Below, in pieces: positions 1-9,464 of a stretch of 64,000 bases of DNA. Source of the stretch: an uncultured Anaerolineales bacterium (lineage in GTDB: Bacteria; Planctomycetota; Phycisphaerae; FEN-1346). Every line of letters starts with the position of its first letter. The stretch's first letter is position 1. The translations under genes were made by a program, and so were the position numbers. The notes under the pieces are model-generated. The model worked only from the letters and a program-made list of their open reading frames with translations, was not told the origin of the DNA and made no database searches. The DNA lies in assembly GCA_964449275.1 (NCBI GenBank), contig CAYVAM010000001.1:585-64584 (forward strand), given 5' to 3'.

Positions 1-79
1 ACGAGGCCACCGGGAGCTTCCGCTCCCGGCTCGAAGAGGCGGCTCGAAGAGGCGGCTCGAACGATGCATGAGGTATACC

Positions 80-2980
80 ATGGCTAACGTCTACAAGAGC
101 ACGCTCAACCTGCCGAAGACGGCCTTCCCGATGAAGGCCAACCTCGTCCAGCGCGAGCCCGAAACCCGCCGGCGCTGGGCCAGGATGGACCTGTATGGGA
201 TGATCAGGGCCGCCGCCCATCCCAAGGGCCGGTACATCCTCCACGACGGGCCGCCGTACGCCAACGGCGACATCCATATCGGAACGGCCGTCAACAAGAT
301 CCTCAAAGACATCATCGTCAAGTACAAGACGATGCAGGGTTACGATGCCCCGTTCGTGCCGGGGTACGACTGTCACGGCCATCCGATCGAGCACGCCGTG
401 CGCCGCGAACTCGGCCCGAAGGCCGGGGCGATGAGCCCCGTCGAGATCCGAAAGCGCTGCGAAGCCTACGCCCGCAAGTTCATCGGGCACCAGAGCGAGC
501 AGTTCCAGATGCTCGGCGTCCTCGGACGGTGGGACCGGCCGTACCTGACGCTCGCGCCCGCGTACGAGCAGCGCCAGATGGAGACCCTCGCCCACCTGGT
601 GGACCAGGGGCTCATCCATCGGGAACTTCGAGCCATCCACTGGTGCATGCACTGCGAGACCGCCCTCGCGGAGGCCGAACTGGAGTACGAAGACGACGAG
701 GGGCCGAGCCTGTACGTCCTGTTCGTCCTCACCGAGGACGCGGCGGCGAAGTTGCCCGACCCGCTCACCGGGCAGCGCGTCCACCTCATGATCTGGACGA
801 CGACGCCGTGGACCCTCCCGGCCAATATGGCCGTGGCTGTGCACCCGGACTATCGGTACGCTTTGATTCGCTACGAGAAGGACGGCGATAAGCGCTCGGC
901 GTTCGTCGCCGAGGACCTCGTGGACACAGTCACGCAGGGCGCGGGCTTGGAGAATGTCGAGACGCTCACAACATTCACCGGCGCGGAACTCCAGGGCCTG
1001 ACCTACGAGCATCCGTTCATGGGCCCACCCTCCGGTGCCGAGTTCCGCCAGGTCTGGGCCGATCCGACCATGGTCACCCTCGAAGAGGGCACGGGCCTCG
1101 TGCACTCGGCCCCCGGCCACGGCCGCGAGGACAACCTCATGGGCCTGAGGGTCGGCATCCCGACCTACAGCCCCGTCACGGCCCAGGGCCGCATGGACGA
1201 GACCGTCCCGGACTGGATCCAGGGCAAGACCGTCTGGGAAGCCAACGATATCATCCTGGACCATCTCGCCGAGAGCGGGCACCTGGTCGCCTCCGGCATG
1301 ACGGCCCACCGGTACCCGCACTGCTGGCGGTGCCGCGAGCCGGTCATCTTCCGGGCCACCGAGCAGTGGTTCGTTGCGCTCGACAAGGCGGACGAGGGCA
1401 AGAGCCTGCGGCACCGTGCGCTGGAGGCGGTGGGCGGCGTCCACTGGGTGCCGGCGTGGACGGAGTCGCGCATCCGCGCGATGATCGAGACGCGGCCCGA
1501 CTGGTGCATCAGCCGCCAGAAGGTCTGGGACGTGCCGATCCCCGCCCTGTACTGCAAGGCGTGCGGCCAGGCGCTCCTGACGGGCGACATGATGCGGGCC
1601 GCCGCCAAGTTCTACGGCCGGCATGGCTCCGGCGCCTGGTACGAGGCCACGGTCGAGGATGTCTTCGGCCAGGCACCGACGTGCCCGAATTGCGACGCCA
1701 CCGACTGGCGCATGGAGACCGACGTCTTCGACGTCTGGCTCGATTCGGGCGTATCCTGGGCCAGCGCGTGCGAGGTCGAAGGGTTCGACGTGCCGGTGGA
1801 ACTGTACATCGAAGGCTCCGACCAGCACCGCGGGTGGTTCCAGTCGAGCCTTATCATGGGCGTGGTGGCGCGCGGACAGCCGCCGTTCCGCACGTGCATC
1901 ACCCACGGGTTCGTCGTGGACGAGGAAGGCCGCAAGATGTCCAAGAGCCTCGGCAACACCGTCAGCGTGCTGGACGAGGTGAAGCGGCTGGGGGCGGACG
2001 TGGTGCGCCTGTGGACGTCGAGCGTCGATTACGCCGGCGACATCCGGGCCTCCGACACACTGATCTCGAGCCTCCAGGACGCCTACCGCAAGATCCGAAA
2101 CACCGTCCGCTTCCTGCTGGGGAACCTGGCGGATTTCGACGCCGGCGCGCACGCCGTCCAACCCGGCGGCCTGGAGGAGATCGACCGGTGGCTGCTCGCG
2201 CGGCTGCAGCGGCTGGTGGCCGACGTGACCGCCGAGATGGAGGCGTTCCAGTTCCACCGCGTGTACCAGTTGGCCCACCTGTTCTGCGTGAACGACCTGA
2301 GCGCCTTCTACCTGGACGTGCAGAAAGACGTCCTGTACTGCGACGCGACCGGCTCGCCTCGCCGCCGCAGCGCCCAGACGGCCATGGCCCAGGTGGCCGA
2401 GGTGCTGGTGCGGCTGGTGGCGCCGATCCTGGTGCACACGGCGGAGGAGGCGTGGTCGCATCTGCCTGCCCCCGCCGAGGGCGATGCTACTCTGCGAAGC
2501 ACGAGGCGCGAAGAGAGCGTCCACCTGGCCGCATGGCCGCAGGTCGATGCCAAAGTCCTCGACGAAGAACTCCTGGCCAAATGGGAATGGCTCCAGGACG
2601 TTCGGCGCAACGCCTACGCGGCGCTCGAGGTCTTCCGCCAGGAGGGCAAGTTCGACAAGCACACCGAGGCCCGGGTGGCGCTGGCCGTGGCCGACGCCTC
2701 GGAACTCGAGCGCCTCCGCGAAGTGGGCGCCGAGACGCTCGCCGACCTGCTCCTCGTCAGTGAACTCCTGCTCGTGGCGCCCGAAGAGGCCGAGACGCTC
2801 GAAGGTGAGAGGGCGATGGGCGACGCCGCCAACGGCAAGCGGTTACACTCGGCCACGTTGCTCGTCCAGGAGTACGCCCGCTGCGAGCGGTGCTGGAACT
2901 ATCGGGCGAGCGTCGGTGAGGCCGAACCCGAAGACCTCTGCACCCGGTGCCGCCAGGTCCTCGCCGAACAGACACGTTAG
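80..2980 (+). CDS. ileS: Isoleucyl-tRNA synthetase
   Basis: The 970-aa ORF carries the class I aaRS HIGH motif (PPYANGDIHIGTA), KMSKS (KMSKSLGN) and a C-terminal Zn-ribbon (CxxC...CxxC). The start is moved to ATG 80 (MANVYK) because GAGG lies 6 nt upstream. ATG 68 has no RBS. Confidence 0.9.
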   Translation: MANVYKSTLNLPKTAFPMKANLVQREPETRRRWARMDLYGMIRAAAHPKGRYILHDGPPYANGDIHIGTAVNKILKDIIVKYKTMQGYDAPFVPGYDCHGHPIEHAVRRELGPKAGAMSPVEIRKRCEAYARKFIGHQSEQFQMLGVLGRWDRPYLTLAPAYEQRQMETLAHLVDQGLIHRELRAIHWCMHCETALAEAELEYEDDEGPSLYVLFVLTEDAAAKLPDPLTGQRVHLMIWTTTPWTLPANMAVAVHPDYRYALIRYEKDGDKRSAFVAEDLVDTVTQGAGLENVETLTTFTGAELQGLTYEHPFMGPPSGAEFRQVWADPTMVTLEEGTGLVHSAPGHGREDNLMGLRVGIPTYSPVTAQGRMDETVPDWIQGKTVWEANDIILDHLAESGHLVASGMTAHRYPHCWRCREPVIFRATEQWFVALDKADEGKSLRHRALEAVGGVHWVPAWTESRIRAMIETRPDWCISRQKVWDVPIPALYCKACGQALLTGDMMRAAAKFYGRHGSGAWYEATVEDVFGQAPTCPNCDATDWRMETDVFDVWLDSGVSWASACEVEGFDVPVELYIEGSDQHRGWFQSSLIMGVVARGQPPFRTCITHGFVVDEEGRKMSKSLGNTVSVLDEVKRLGADVVRLWTSSVDYAGDIRASDTLISSLQDAYRKIRNTVRFLLGNLADFDAGAHAVQPGGLEEIDRWLLARLQRLVADVTAEMEAFQFHRVYQLAHLFCVNDLSAFYLDVQKDVLYCDATGSPRRRSAQTAMAQVAEVLVRLVAPILVHTAEEAWSHLPAPAEGDATLRSTRREESVHLAAWPQVDAKVLDEELLAKWEWLQDVRRNAYAALEVFRQEGKFDKHTEARVALAVADASELERLREVGAETLADLLLVSELLLVAPEEAETLEGERAMGDAANGKRLHSATLLVQEYARCERCWNYRASVGEAEPEDLCTRCRQVLAEQTR

Positions 2981-3066
2981 CCGGCGGGCTTGCCCGCCGC
3001 GTGCTGCCGACCCTGCCGCGGAAGCGGCTCGACAAGACACGTTAGCCGGCGGGCTTGCCCGCCGCG
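2966..3066. repeat. Tandem duplication (63-bp period) of the ileS 3' end plus a REP-like GC hairpin, CGTTAGCCGGCGGGCTTGCCCGCCGCG
   Basis: The segment cga(a/c)a(g/a)gacacgttagccggcgggcttgcccgccgcg occurs twice, at 2966-3002 and 3029-3066. The hairpin stem is GGCGGGC/GCCCGCC. The same core recurs at 22163-22281, 28952-28984 and 47271-47306. Confidence 0.8.
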
Positions 3067-3081
3067 TTCAAGGAGTTTCGC

Positions 3082-4299
3082 ATGACCGGCGAACCACAAC
3101 CCGTTTCGCGAACCCAGGAAACCATCGACCGCTTCAACCGGTACGTCATCGGCAACTACACGCGGCTGCCCATCGTGGCGGTCCGGGGCGAGGGGCCGTA
3201 CCTCTGGGACGCCGACGGCAAGCGTTACCTGGACCTTTTCAGCGGCTGGGCCGTGACGGGCGTGGGCCACTGTCACCCGCGTCTGGTGGAGGCCATCCGC
3301 GAGCAGGCCGGCAAACTTATCTACATGCCGAACACATGGTACACCGAACCGCAGGGCCGCCTCGCCCAGTGGATCGCCGAGACGGGCTTCGGCGGCAAGT
3401 CGTTCTTCTGCAACTCCGGGACCGAGGCGAACGAGGCCGCCATCAAACTGGCACGCATCCATACGCCGCCGGGCAAGTACAAGATCATCACCTTCGAGAA
3501 CGGTTTCCACGGCCGCACCTTCGCCTCCATCACGGCGACGGCCCAACCGAAATATCACCAGGGCTTCCAGCCGCTGGTCCCGGGCTTCGTGTACGCCCCG
3601 CTGAACGACATGGAGGCGGTCGAGAAACTCGCCGACGAGGAAACCTGCGCTATCCTCGTCGAGCCGATCCAGGGCGAGGGCGGTGTCAACCTCGCTCGCG
3701 CCGAATGGCTCAAGGCGCTGCGCGACCTGTGCGACCAGCGCGGCATGGTGCTGATCTTCGACGAGGTCCAGACCGGCGTCGGACGTTGCGGCACGTGGTG
3801 GGGCTACCAGGTGCCCGGTGTCGTGCCGGACATTATGACGATGGCCAAGCAGTTGGCGGGCGGGACGGCCATCGGCGCCATGTGCGCCCGCGAAGAGGTG
3901 GCCGCCAGCCTGGTCCCCGGCACGCACGCCGCCACGTTCGGCGGCAACCCGCTTGCCGCCGCCGCCGGCTGCGCCGTCTTCGAGATCATCCGCGACGAGA
4001 ACCTCCTGGAGAACGCCAACCAGATGGGGACGTACCTGCGGCAGCAACTGCTGGAAATGAAGCAGGAGACGCCGCTCATTGCCGAGGTGCGCGGCGTCGG
4101 CCTCATGATAGGCGCGGACCTGACGCAGAACGGGGCGGACCTGGCGGCCAAGTGCCTCGACAAGGGCCTCCACATCAACTGCACGCACGAGACCGTGCTG
4201 CGGATCATGCCGCCCCTGATCATCACGCGCGAACAACTGGACGAGGGCCTCGCCATCCTGCGTGAGGCCCTGAGCGAATGGCAGGCGCAGGGCAACTAG
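3082..4299 (+). CDS. argD: Acetylornithine aminotransferase (class III PLP aminotransferase)
   Basis: Class III aminotransferase N-terminal signature (LFSGWAVTGVGHCHPRLVEA...NSGTEANEAAIKLAR) and the EVQTGVGRCG region. AAGGAG RBS lies before ATG 3082. The track's earlier start at 3055 overlaps the REP element. Confidence 0.8.
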   Translation: MTGEPQPVSRTQETIDRFNRYVIGNYTRLPIVAVRGEGPYLWDADGKRYLDLFSGWAVTGVGHCHPRLVEAIREQAGKLIYMPNTWYTEPQGRLAQWIAETGFGGKSFFCNSGTEANEAAIKLARIHTPPGKYKIITFENGFHGRTFASITATAQPKYHQGFQPLVPGFVYAPLNDMEAVEKLADEETCAILVEPIQGEGGVNLARAEWLKALRDLCDQRGMVLIFDEVQTGVGRCGTWWGYQVPGVVPDIMTMAKQLAGGTAIGAMCAREEVAASLVPGTHAATFGGNPLAAAAGCAVFEIIRDENLLENANQMGTYLRQQLLEMKQETPLIAEVRGVGLMIGADLTQNGADLAAKCLDKGLHINCTHETVLRIMPPLIITREQLDEGLAILREALSEWQAQGN

Positions 4300-4339
4300 C
4301 GCCGAGCCCGCAAGCGCCCTAACGCAGCGAGGTGACGCG

Positions 4340-5068
4340 ATGAAGCAAACCGCCAAACGCCCCGCCGACCGCCTCCGGCCCGTCAAGATCACGCCCGACT
4401 TCATCCGCACGGCACACGGGTCGGCACTCATCGAGATCGGCCGCACACGCGTCCTCTGCACGGCCACCGTTGAACAGAAGGTCCCGCCGTGGCTCAGAAA
4501 CGCCGGTAAGGGATGGGTCACCGGCGAGTACGGGATGCTGCCGGCGTCCACGGGTACGCGTAACCGGCGGCCGGGTCCCGGCCGGGTCAATTCGCGCGGG
4601 ACCGAGATCAGCCGCCTCATCGGTCGCGCGCTCCGTGCCGGAATGGACCTCGAAGCGCTCGGCGAGAACACCATCATCGTCGATTGCGACGTTCTGGAGG
4701 CCGACGGCGGCACACGCACGGCGGCGGTCACCGGCGGTTGGGTCGCCCTGGCCCGCGCCATCGCCGGGGCACGCGAGAGCGGTCGCCTGCCGGACGGCCC
4801 CGACCCCGTCGCCGAACAGGTGGTCGCCGTCAGTTGCGGCATCGTCGGCGGACGGGCCATCCTGGACCTCGATTACGGCGAAGACCGCGAGGCGGACGTG
4901 GACATGAACGTCGTCATGACTCCGGACGGTCGCCTCATCGAGGTCCAGGTATCCGGCGAGGAAGCGACGTTTCGCCGCTCGGACCTGTCGCGGTTGCTTC
5001 GCCTCGCGCAGAGCGGCTGCGAAAGGCTGGCGAAGAACCAGGCCCGCGCGGTAAAAGAGAAGCGTTAG
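4340..5068 (+). CDS. rph: Ribonuclease PH
   Basis: The 242-aa product aligns along its length to the RNase PH pattern (RPV.ITPDF...GS.L.E.G.T.VLCTA...GWVTGEYGMLP.ST..R). GAGGTGA RBS is present. Confidence 0.85.
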   Translation: MKQTAKRPADRLRPVKITPDFIRTAHGSALIEIGRTRVLCTATVEQKVPPWLRNAGKGWVTGEYGMLPASTGTRNRRPGPGRVNSRGTEISRLIGRALRAGMDLEALGENTIIVDCDVLEADGGTRTAAVTGGWVALARAIAGARESGRLPDGPDPVAEQVVAVSCGIVGGRAILDLDYGEDREADVDMNVVMTPDGRLIEVQVSGEEATFRRSDLSRLLRLAQSGCERLAKNQARAVKEKR

Positions 5069-5141
5069 CCGCCACGCTTGCCGAAGATCCGCTGCGGCGG
5101 GCGCGGCGTGTTCGACTGCGGCTGCCAAAGGGAGGAGTTAC

Positions 5142-6314
5142 ATGAACAGCCCCCTCCGCCGCTCGCGACACGTTGCGGCACAGGCCCTGACCCTCGCCGC
5201 TGTGGCCGTCCTCGCCGCCGGTTGCAGGCTGAGCGAGCAACGTAAACTCACCGTCGTCTTGGTCGAATACAAGGGGCCCGAGGCCGTCGCCAGCGCCCAG
5301 CGACTCGTCAAGGAACTCTCGGCGCAAGGCTTGCCCGACGTCTTCACCGTTGAGGGCGCCGAGTACGCCAGCGTCTGCGTCGGCCGATACAACTCGTGGA
5401 AGGACGCCGACGCCGACGCCATGCTCAAACGCGTCCGCGTCATCCGCGACGCTCGGGGGCAGTATCCGTTCGCCGGCGTCCTGCTGGTGCCGGTGCCCGA
5501 ACCGCTGCCGAAGAACCCCTGGCCGCTCGAGCAGGCCGACGGTCTGTTCACCCTCCACGTCGGCAGTTGGGAGGCCCCCGGCCGTATGGCCAGCGCCCAG
5601 CGGTACGCCGGCAGCCTGAGGTCGCGCGGGTACGAAGCATACGCCTACCACGGGCCGCGGCTCAGCATGGTCACCCTCGGCGCGTTCGGGATGCGAATCT
5701 TCGACGATCCCGGCAAGGTCGGCCGGCCGAAGGCCAAACCGAAGATCATCGACCCGAAGGTCCTGGGCCTCATCAAGAAGTTCCCGCGCATGCGTCTGGA
5801 AGGGCAGGAGACCCCGCCCGAAGCGCACGTGCAGACGCAACTGGTCAGGGTTCCGGGAAAGGAACCCGCAGGGTCCGCCGTCGCCCGGTCCAGGTCGCTC
5901 TATCGGCTCACGATTCTGTTCGTGGACACCAAGACGGGCCTGGCCCAGGGCCGCATGCGGGCGTCGGGCGTTGCGCAGGGCAAGGCTGAACTGCCGACGC
6001 TTGTCGGCGCACTCGTCAAGCAACTGATGGCCGGCCTCCCGCGGGACAAGGTCGCTCGTGTCGGCGTGGTCGGCGTTCTGGCAGCCGACCCGGCCTCCGC
6101 CAAGGACGGCGTGGACGCCACGGCACTGGAGGCCCTGAACGCCGCCCTGCGGGCCGCCGGCGCCGGCAGGATCCGCCTCTTCAGCCAGGAAGGTACGCGA
6201 CAGATGCTCGACGCGGCGGGGCTGAAGTCCGAAGACATCCTTCGCGATCCCCGACCGGTCAAGGGATTCGAAGCGCTCGACTTGCTCGTCGTCGGCTCGG
6301 TCAAGGCGTTCTAA
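5142..6314 (+). CDS. Lipoprotein with two SPOR-like (sporulation-related repeat) domains
   Basis: Signal peptide plus lipobox (LAAGC). Two roughly 70-aa repeats have a SPOR-like beta-alpha-beta-beta pattern (YASVCVGRYNSWKDADA...; FTLHVGSWEAPGRMASAQRYAGSL...). GGGAGGA RBS is present. Confidence 0.45.
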   Translation: MNSPLRRSRHVAAQALTLAAVAVLAAGCRLSEQRKLTVVLVEYKGPEAVASAQRLVKELSAQGLPDVFTVEGAEYASVCVGRYNSWKDADADAMLKRVRVIRDARGQYPFAGVLLVPVPEPLPKNPWPLEQADGLFTLHVGSWEAPGRMASAQRYAGSLRSRGYEAYAYHGPRLSMVTLGAFGMRIFDDPGKVGRPKAKPKIIDPKVLGLIKKFPRMRLEGQETPPEAHVQTQLVRVPGKEPAGSAVARSRSLYRLTILFVDTKTGLAQGRMRASGVAQGKAELPTLVGALVKQLMAGLPRDKVARVGVVGVLAADPASAKDGVDATALEALNAALRAAGAGRIRLFSQEGTRQMLDAAGLKSEDILRDPRPVKGFEALDLLVVGSVKAF

Positions 6315-6493
6315 GCGGTCTTACGTAAGTCTTTTGCTGTGGCGAGAACGGCACCCGCTCGCTTACGCTCGCGGCTAGTTACACTCGCGCCCGACCAGCC
6401 ACGTGAGAAAACCAGCCGCGCACGTAAGTAAGCGGCGCAACCCCTTGGGCTACGAGCCCAATCAGTTGTCCGCAGCCGCTCACAGGACCTGCC

Positions 6494-7090
6494 ATGCCCC
6501 GCACGCTCGTCATAGCCACACAAAACCGGAAGAAACTTGAGGAGATTGCCGCCATCCTCCGGCCGCGTGGCGTCCGGATGAAGTCACTCGAGGACTTCGC
6601 CGGCGTCCAGCCGGTTCCCGAAACGGGCGAGACCTTTGAGGACAACGCGCGGGCCAAGGCGCTCGGCTACGCCCGGGCGACGGGCGAATGGGCGCTGGCC
6701 GACGATTCCGGCCTCGAGGTGGACGCCCTCGGCGGCCGCCCGGGCACCCGGTCCAGCCGATGGGGCGGCGAGGAGGGCAACGACCGACTGAACAACCAGA
6801 CTCTCCTGCGGGCCTTGGCCGCCTACCCCAAAGAGACCTGGACCGCCCGCTACCGCTGCGTCGTGGCCCTGGCGACGCCCGACCGTGTCCTTGCCGTAAC
6901 CGAAGGCGTTTGCGAGGGCCGCATCACCGACCCGCCGGCCGGGTCGAATGGTTTCGGGTACGATCCGCATTTTTATCTGCCCGAACTCGGCCGGACGATG
7001 GCCGAACTCGCCCCCGAGACGAAGAACCGCCTCAGCCACCGCGCTCGCGCGCTGGCCGCCATGAAAACGCGGCTCGAAAAACTGTTGTAA
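6494..7090 (+). CDS. rdgB: Non-canonical purine NTP pyrophosphatase (Ham1/RdgB family)
   Basis: Ham1 motifs: VIATQNRKKLEE, TFEDNARAKA, DDSGLEVDALGGRPG, FGYDP.F..PE.G.T.AEL. It sits near rph, as usual. Confidence 0.8.
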   Translation: MPRTLVIATQNRKKLEEIAAILRPRGVRMKSLEDFAGVQPVPETGETFEDNARAKALGYARATGEWALADDSGLEVDALGGRPGTRSSRWGGEEGNDRLNNQTLLRALAAYPKETWTARYRCVVALATPDRVLAVTEGVCEGRITDPPAGSNGFGYDPHFYLPELGRTMAELAPETKNRLSHRARALAAMKTRLEKLL

Positions 7091-7202
7091 AGCCCCGCGG
7101 CACAACGTGCTACAAGCAATCGGGGATTGCGCTAACGCATCTTCAACCGCGACCTCCCCCCGCTTCTTGGGTTTAACGTCACGCCTCGACGCACTCGAAG
7201 GA

Positions 7203-9407
7203 ATGCCTATGCGTAGCGACCTCGACGGGTCTCTGCTCCGGTTGGCGCTGGCGGCTGCGCTGCTGTCGGCTGCGGCGGGGCCGTGCGCGGCACGCGGAAC
7301 GGGCGGGTTCCTGCGCGACTGGGCCGTCTGCGGCCCGATCAAAGGCACGAGGCTCGATGCGCCCGAACTGCCGGCGGACTTCGTCGGATACCCCGGCCTC
7401 TTTGCCACCGGCGCCGTGTGGCTGCCTGTCCAGGCCGAGCCGCAGGGACGCATCAACCTGCGGGCGCTCTATCCGGAGCCGCCATCCGGCACGGCTTTGC
7501 TCCACACCTTCTTCGAGATTCCCTCCGACGCCACGTACACCCTGCGGATCGGCAGCGATGACGCCGTCCGCGTCGACATCGACGGCCACACCGTTCACCG
7601 CCACGACATCAAGAGGTCGTGGTGCGCCGACGAGGACAAGGTCCGCGTGCGCCTTGCGTGCGGCTGGCACCGGATGCTGGTGCGTGTAGTCGATTACGGC
7701 GGCGCGTGGGCCGTGAGCGTTCGCGTGGCGGACGCGAAAGACCAGCCGCTCGACGTCCGACACCAGGCCGCGTGCCCGCGTGCCCTGGAGACCGAATACC
7801 GCCTGACGGAGCCGGTCGCGGCGGGCGAGCGAGCCGAGGCCGCCGGGTTCCTTGCCGATGAGGTCGCTCGCCTGATAGCCGATCTCGAGGCCGCGCTGCG
7901 ACGCCTCGCCGAGACGCCCGAAGGGTACGTCACGTTCGCCGAGTACGAGGGCGCACGCAACCTCGGCCGCATGTTCCTCGAGGCCGTGGTATCGCTCTGG
8001 CGCGGGGCCGTCGCGGAGGACCTGGACGCGGAGGCGGTGCGTGCGGCCCAGCACATGGCGGTTGAGGCGGCGCGCGGCTTCTCGGAGGTCCTGGCCCAGG
8101 AGACCGACCGAGTGGCCCGTTCCCTCGTCCGCCGACACAAGGTGTGGGAGACGCTCGCCGGCGGGTCGCTCCCGCGCCGAGAACTGGCCGCTGCCGCACT
8201 CGAGGTCGCCGAACTGGTCTCGCGGAGCCGGCGGCTGGCAACACAGATCGAAGATGAACGCATCCGCAACGCCCGCTTCGAGAACGACATCCGAAACTGG
8301 CGCCAGCGCGACCTCGTCCTGCACGTCCTCGATTCGGAAGGCAGGCCGGTGGCGGGGGCGAACGTCGAGATCGTCCAGCAGCAACACGACTTCGGGTTCG
8401 GCTGCAACCTGTTCGCCTTCCGGCAGTGGGGCGACGCGAAGAAGAACGCCCTCTACGAGCGCCGGTTCCGGATGCTCTTCAACCTGGCGACCGTCCCGCT
8501 CTACTGGTCGGTGCTCGAGAAACGCCGCGGCCGGCCGGACACCCAGCGACTCGACGCGGCCGTGGCCTGGTGCCGCGAACACGGCATCGCCGTCAGGGGC
8601 CATCCGCTGCTGTGGCAGGAAGCCGTCCCGCGATGGGCCGCTGAGTTGACCGACGATGAGGCGCCGGCTGCGGTCAGGGACCACGTGCGGCGGACCGTCG
8701 AACGGTACCGTGAGACGATCGCGTGGTGGGACGTGGTCCATGCGCCGGTCGGGCGTCTGCGCGTCGGACGGAGCGAGGTCGAGACGGCCCAGGCGCTTCG
8801 GTGGGCGGCCGAAGCCGAGCCGCGCGGCCGGCTGCTCATCAGCGGCGACGATCCTCAAACGCTCGTTGAGGTTGCCAGGCAGGTCTGCGCCGGGGAGGTG
8901 CGGCTCGACGGCATCGGCATCACGGCCCACCAGCACGACGGCGTCTGGCCGCTGAGCCGCGTCCAACAGACGCTGAACCGATGTGCGGCCGCAGGCCGGC
9001 CGATCCACGTCTCGGCTGTCACCATCCTCGGAAGGCCCGAGATGGAAGCCGAGCAGGCCGAAGCCGTCCGCCACTTCTATACGGCCGCGTTTGCCCATCC
9101 GAAGGTGGCGAGCATCACGTGGTGGGACCTGTCGGACCGGTTCGCGTGGCGGAACGCCCCGGCGGGCCTGCTGCGGGCGGACCTGTCGCCGAAGCCTGCC
9201 TACAAGGCGCTCGACCGGCTCATCAACCACCTGTGGCGGACCGACGCCGCCGGCCGCACCGACACCCGTGGCAAGGTGAAGGTCCGCGCATTCTTCGGGA
9301 CGCATCGGGTCACGGCCCAATGCGACGGCCGCAAGGCCGTCCTGGACGTTCACCTCGGCCGCGACGGGCCCGAGCAGGTCGAGATCGTCCTGCCGCCCGC
9401 AAGGTAG
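7203..9407 (+). CDS. Secreted protein with an N-terminal PA14-like domain and a C-terminal GH10-like TIM-barrel domain that may be non-catalytic
   Basis: Signal peptide (MPMRSDLDGSLLRLALAAALLSAAAGPCAA). PA14-like block (TYTLRIGSDDAVRVDIDGHTVH...WHRMLVRVVDYGG). The C-terminal half resembles GH10 (FNLATVPLYWSVLE, RGHPLLWQEAVPRW). The positions where GH10 normally has WDVVNE and ITELD read WDVVHA and SAVTI. Start is placed at ATG 7203 after a GAAGGA RBS. Confidence 0.55.
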   Translation: MPMRSDLDGSLLRLALAAALLSAAAGPCAARGTGGFLRDWAVCGPIKGTRLDAPELPADFVGYPGLFATGAVWLPVQAEPQGRINLRALYPEPPSGTALLHTFFEIPSDATYTLRIGSDDAVRVDIDGHTVHRHDIKRSWCADEDKVRVRLACGWHRMLVRVVDYGGAWAVSVRVADAKDQPLDVRHQAACPRALETEYRLTEPVAAGERAEAAGFLADEVARLIADLEAALRRLAETPEGYVTFAEYEGARNLGRMFLEAVVSLWRGAVAEDLDAEAVRAAQHMAVEAARGFSEVLAQETDRVARSLVRRHKVWETLAGGSLPRRELAAAALEVAELVSRSRRLATQIEDERIRNARFENDIRNWRQRDLVLHVLDSEGRPVAGANVEIVQQQHDFGFGCNLFAFRQWGDAKKNALYERRFRMLFNLATVPLYWSVLEKRRGRPDTQRLDAAVAWCREHGIAVRGHPLLWQEAVPRWAAELTDDEAPAAVRDHVRRTVERYRETIAWWDVVHAPVGRLRVGRSEVETAQALRWAAEAEPRGRLLISGDDPQTLVEVARQVCAGEVRLDGIGITAHQHDGVWPLSRVQQTLNRCAAAGRPIHVSAVTILGRPEMEAEQAEAVRHFYTAAFAHPKVASITWWDLSDRFAWRNAPAGLLRADLSPKPAYKALDRLINHLWRTDAAGRTDTRGKVKVRAFFGTHRVTAQCDGRKAVLDVHLGRDGPEQVEIVLPPAR

Positions 9408-9464
9408 GCATATCCCCGCACCGCCGAGAATAACCCGGACCTCCCGGTGGGGGCTCGATAAATC

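Noticed and set aside
2977-4860. 627-aa minus-strand ORF covering argD and rph
   Set aside because: Antisense open frame typical of 70% GC DNA. The plus-strand products have clear family signatures (argD, rph) and the minus-strand translation is low-complexity Arg/Ala/Pro-rich.
7179-9353. 724-aa minus-strand ORF antisense to the PA14/GH10-like gene
   Set aside because: Same high-GC antisense artefact. The translation is Arg/Pro/Gly-rich with no motifs. The sense strand carries a signal peptide and recognisable domains.
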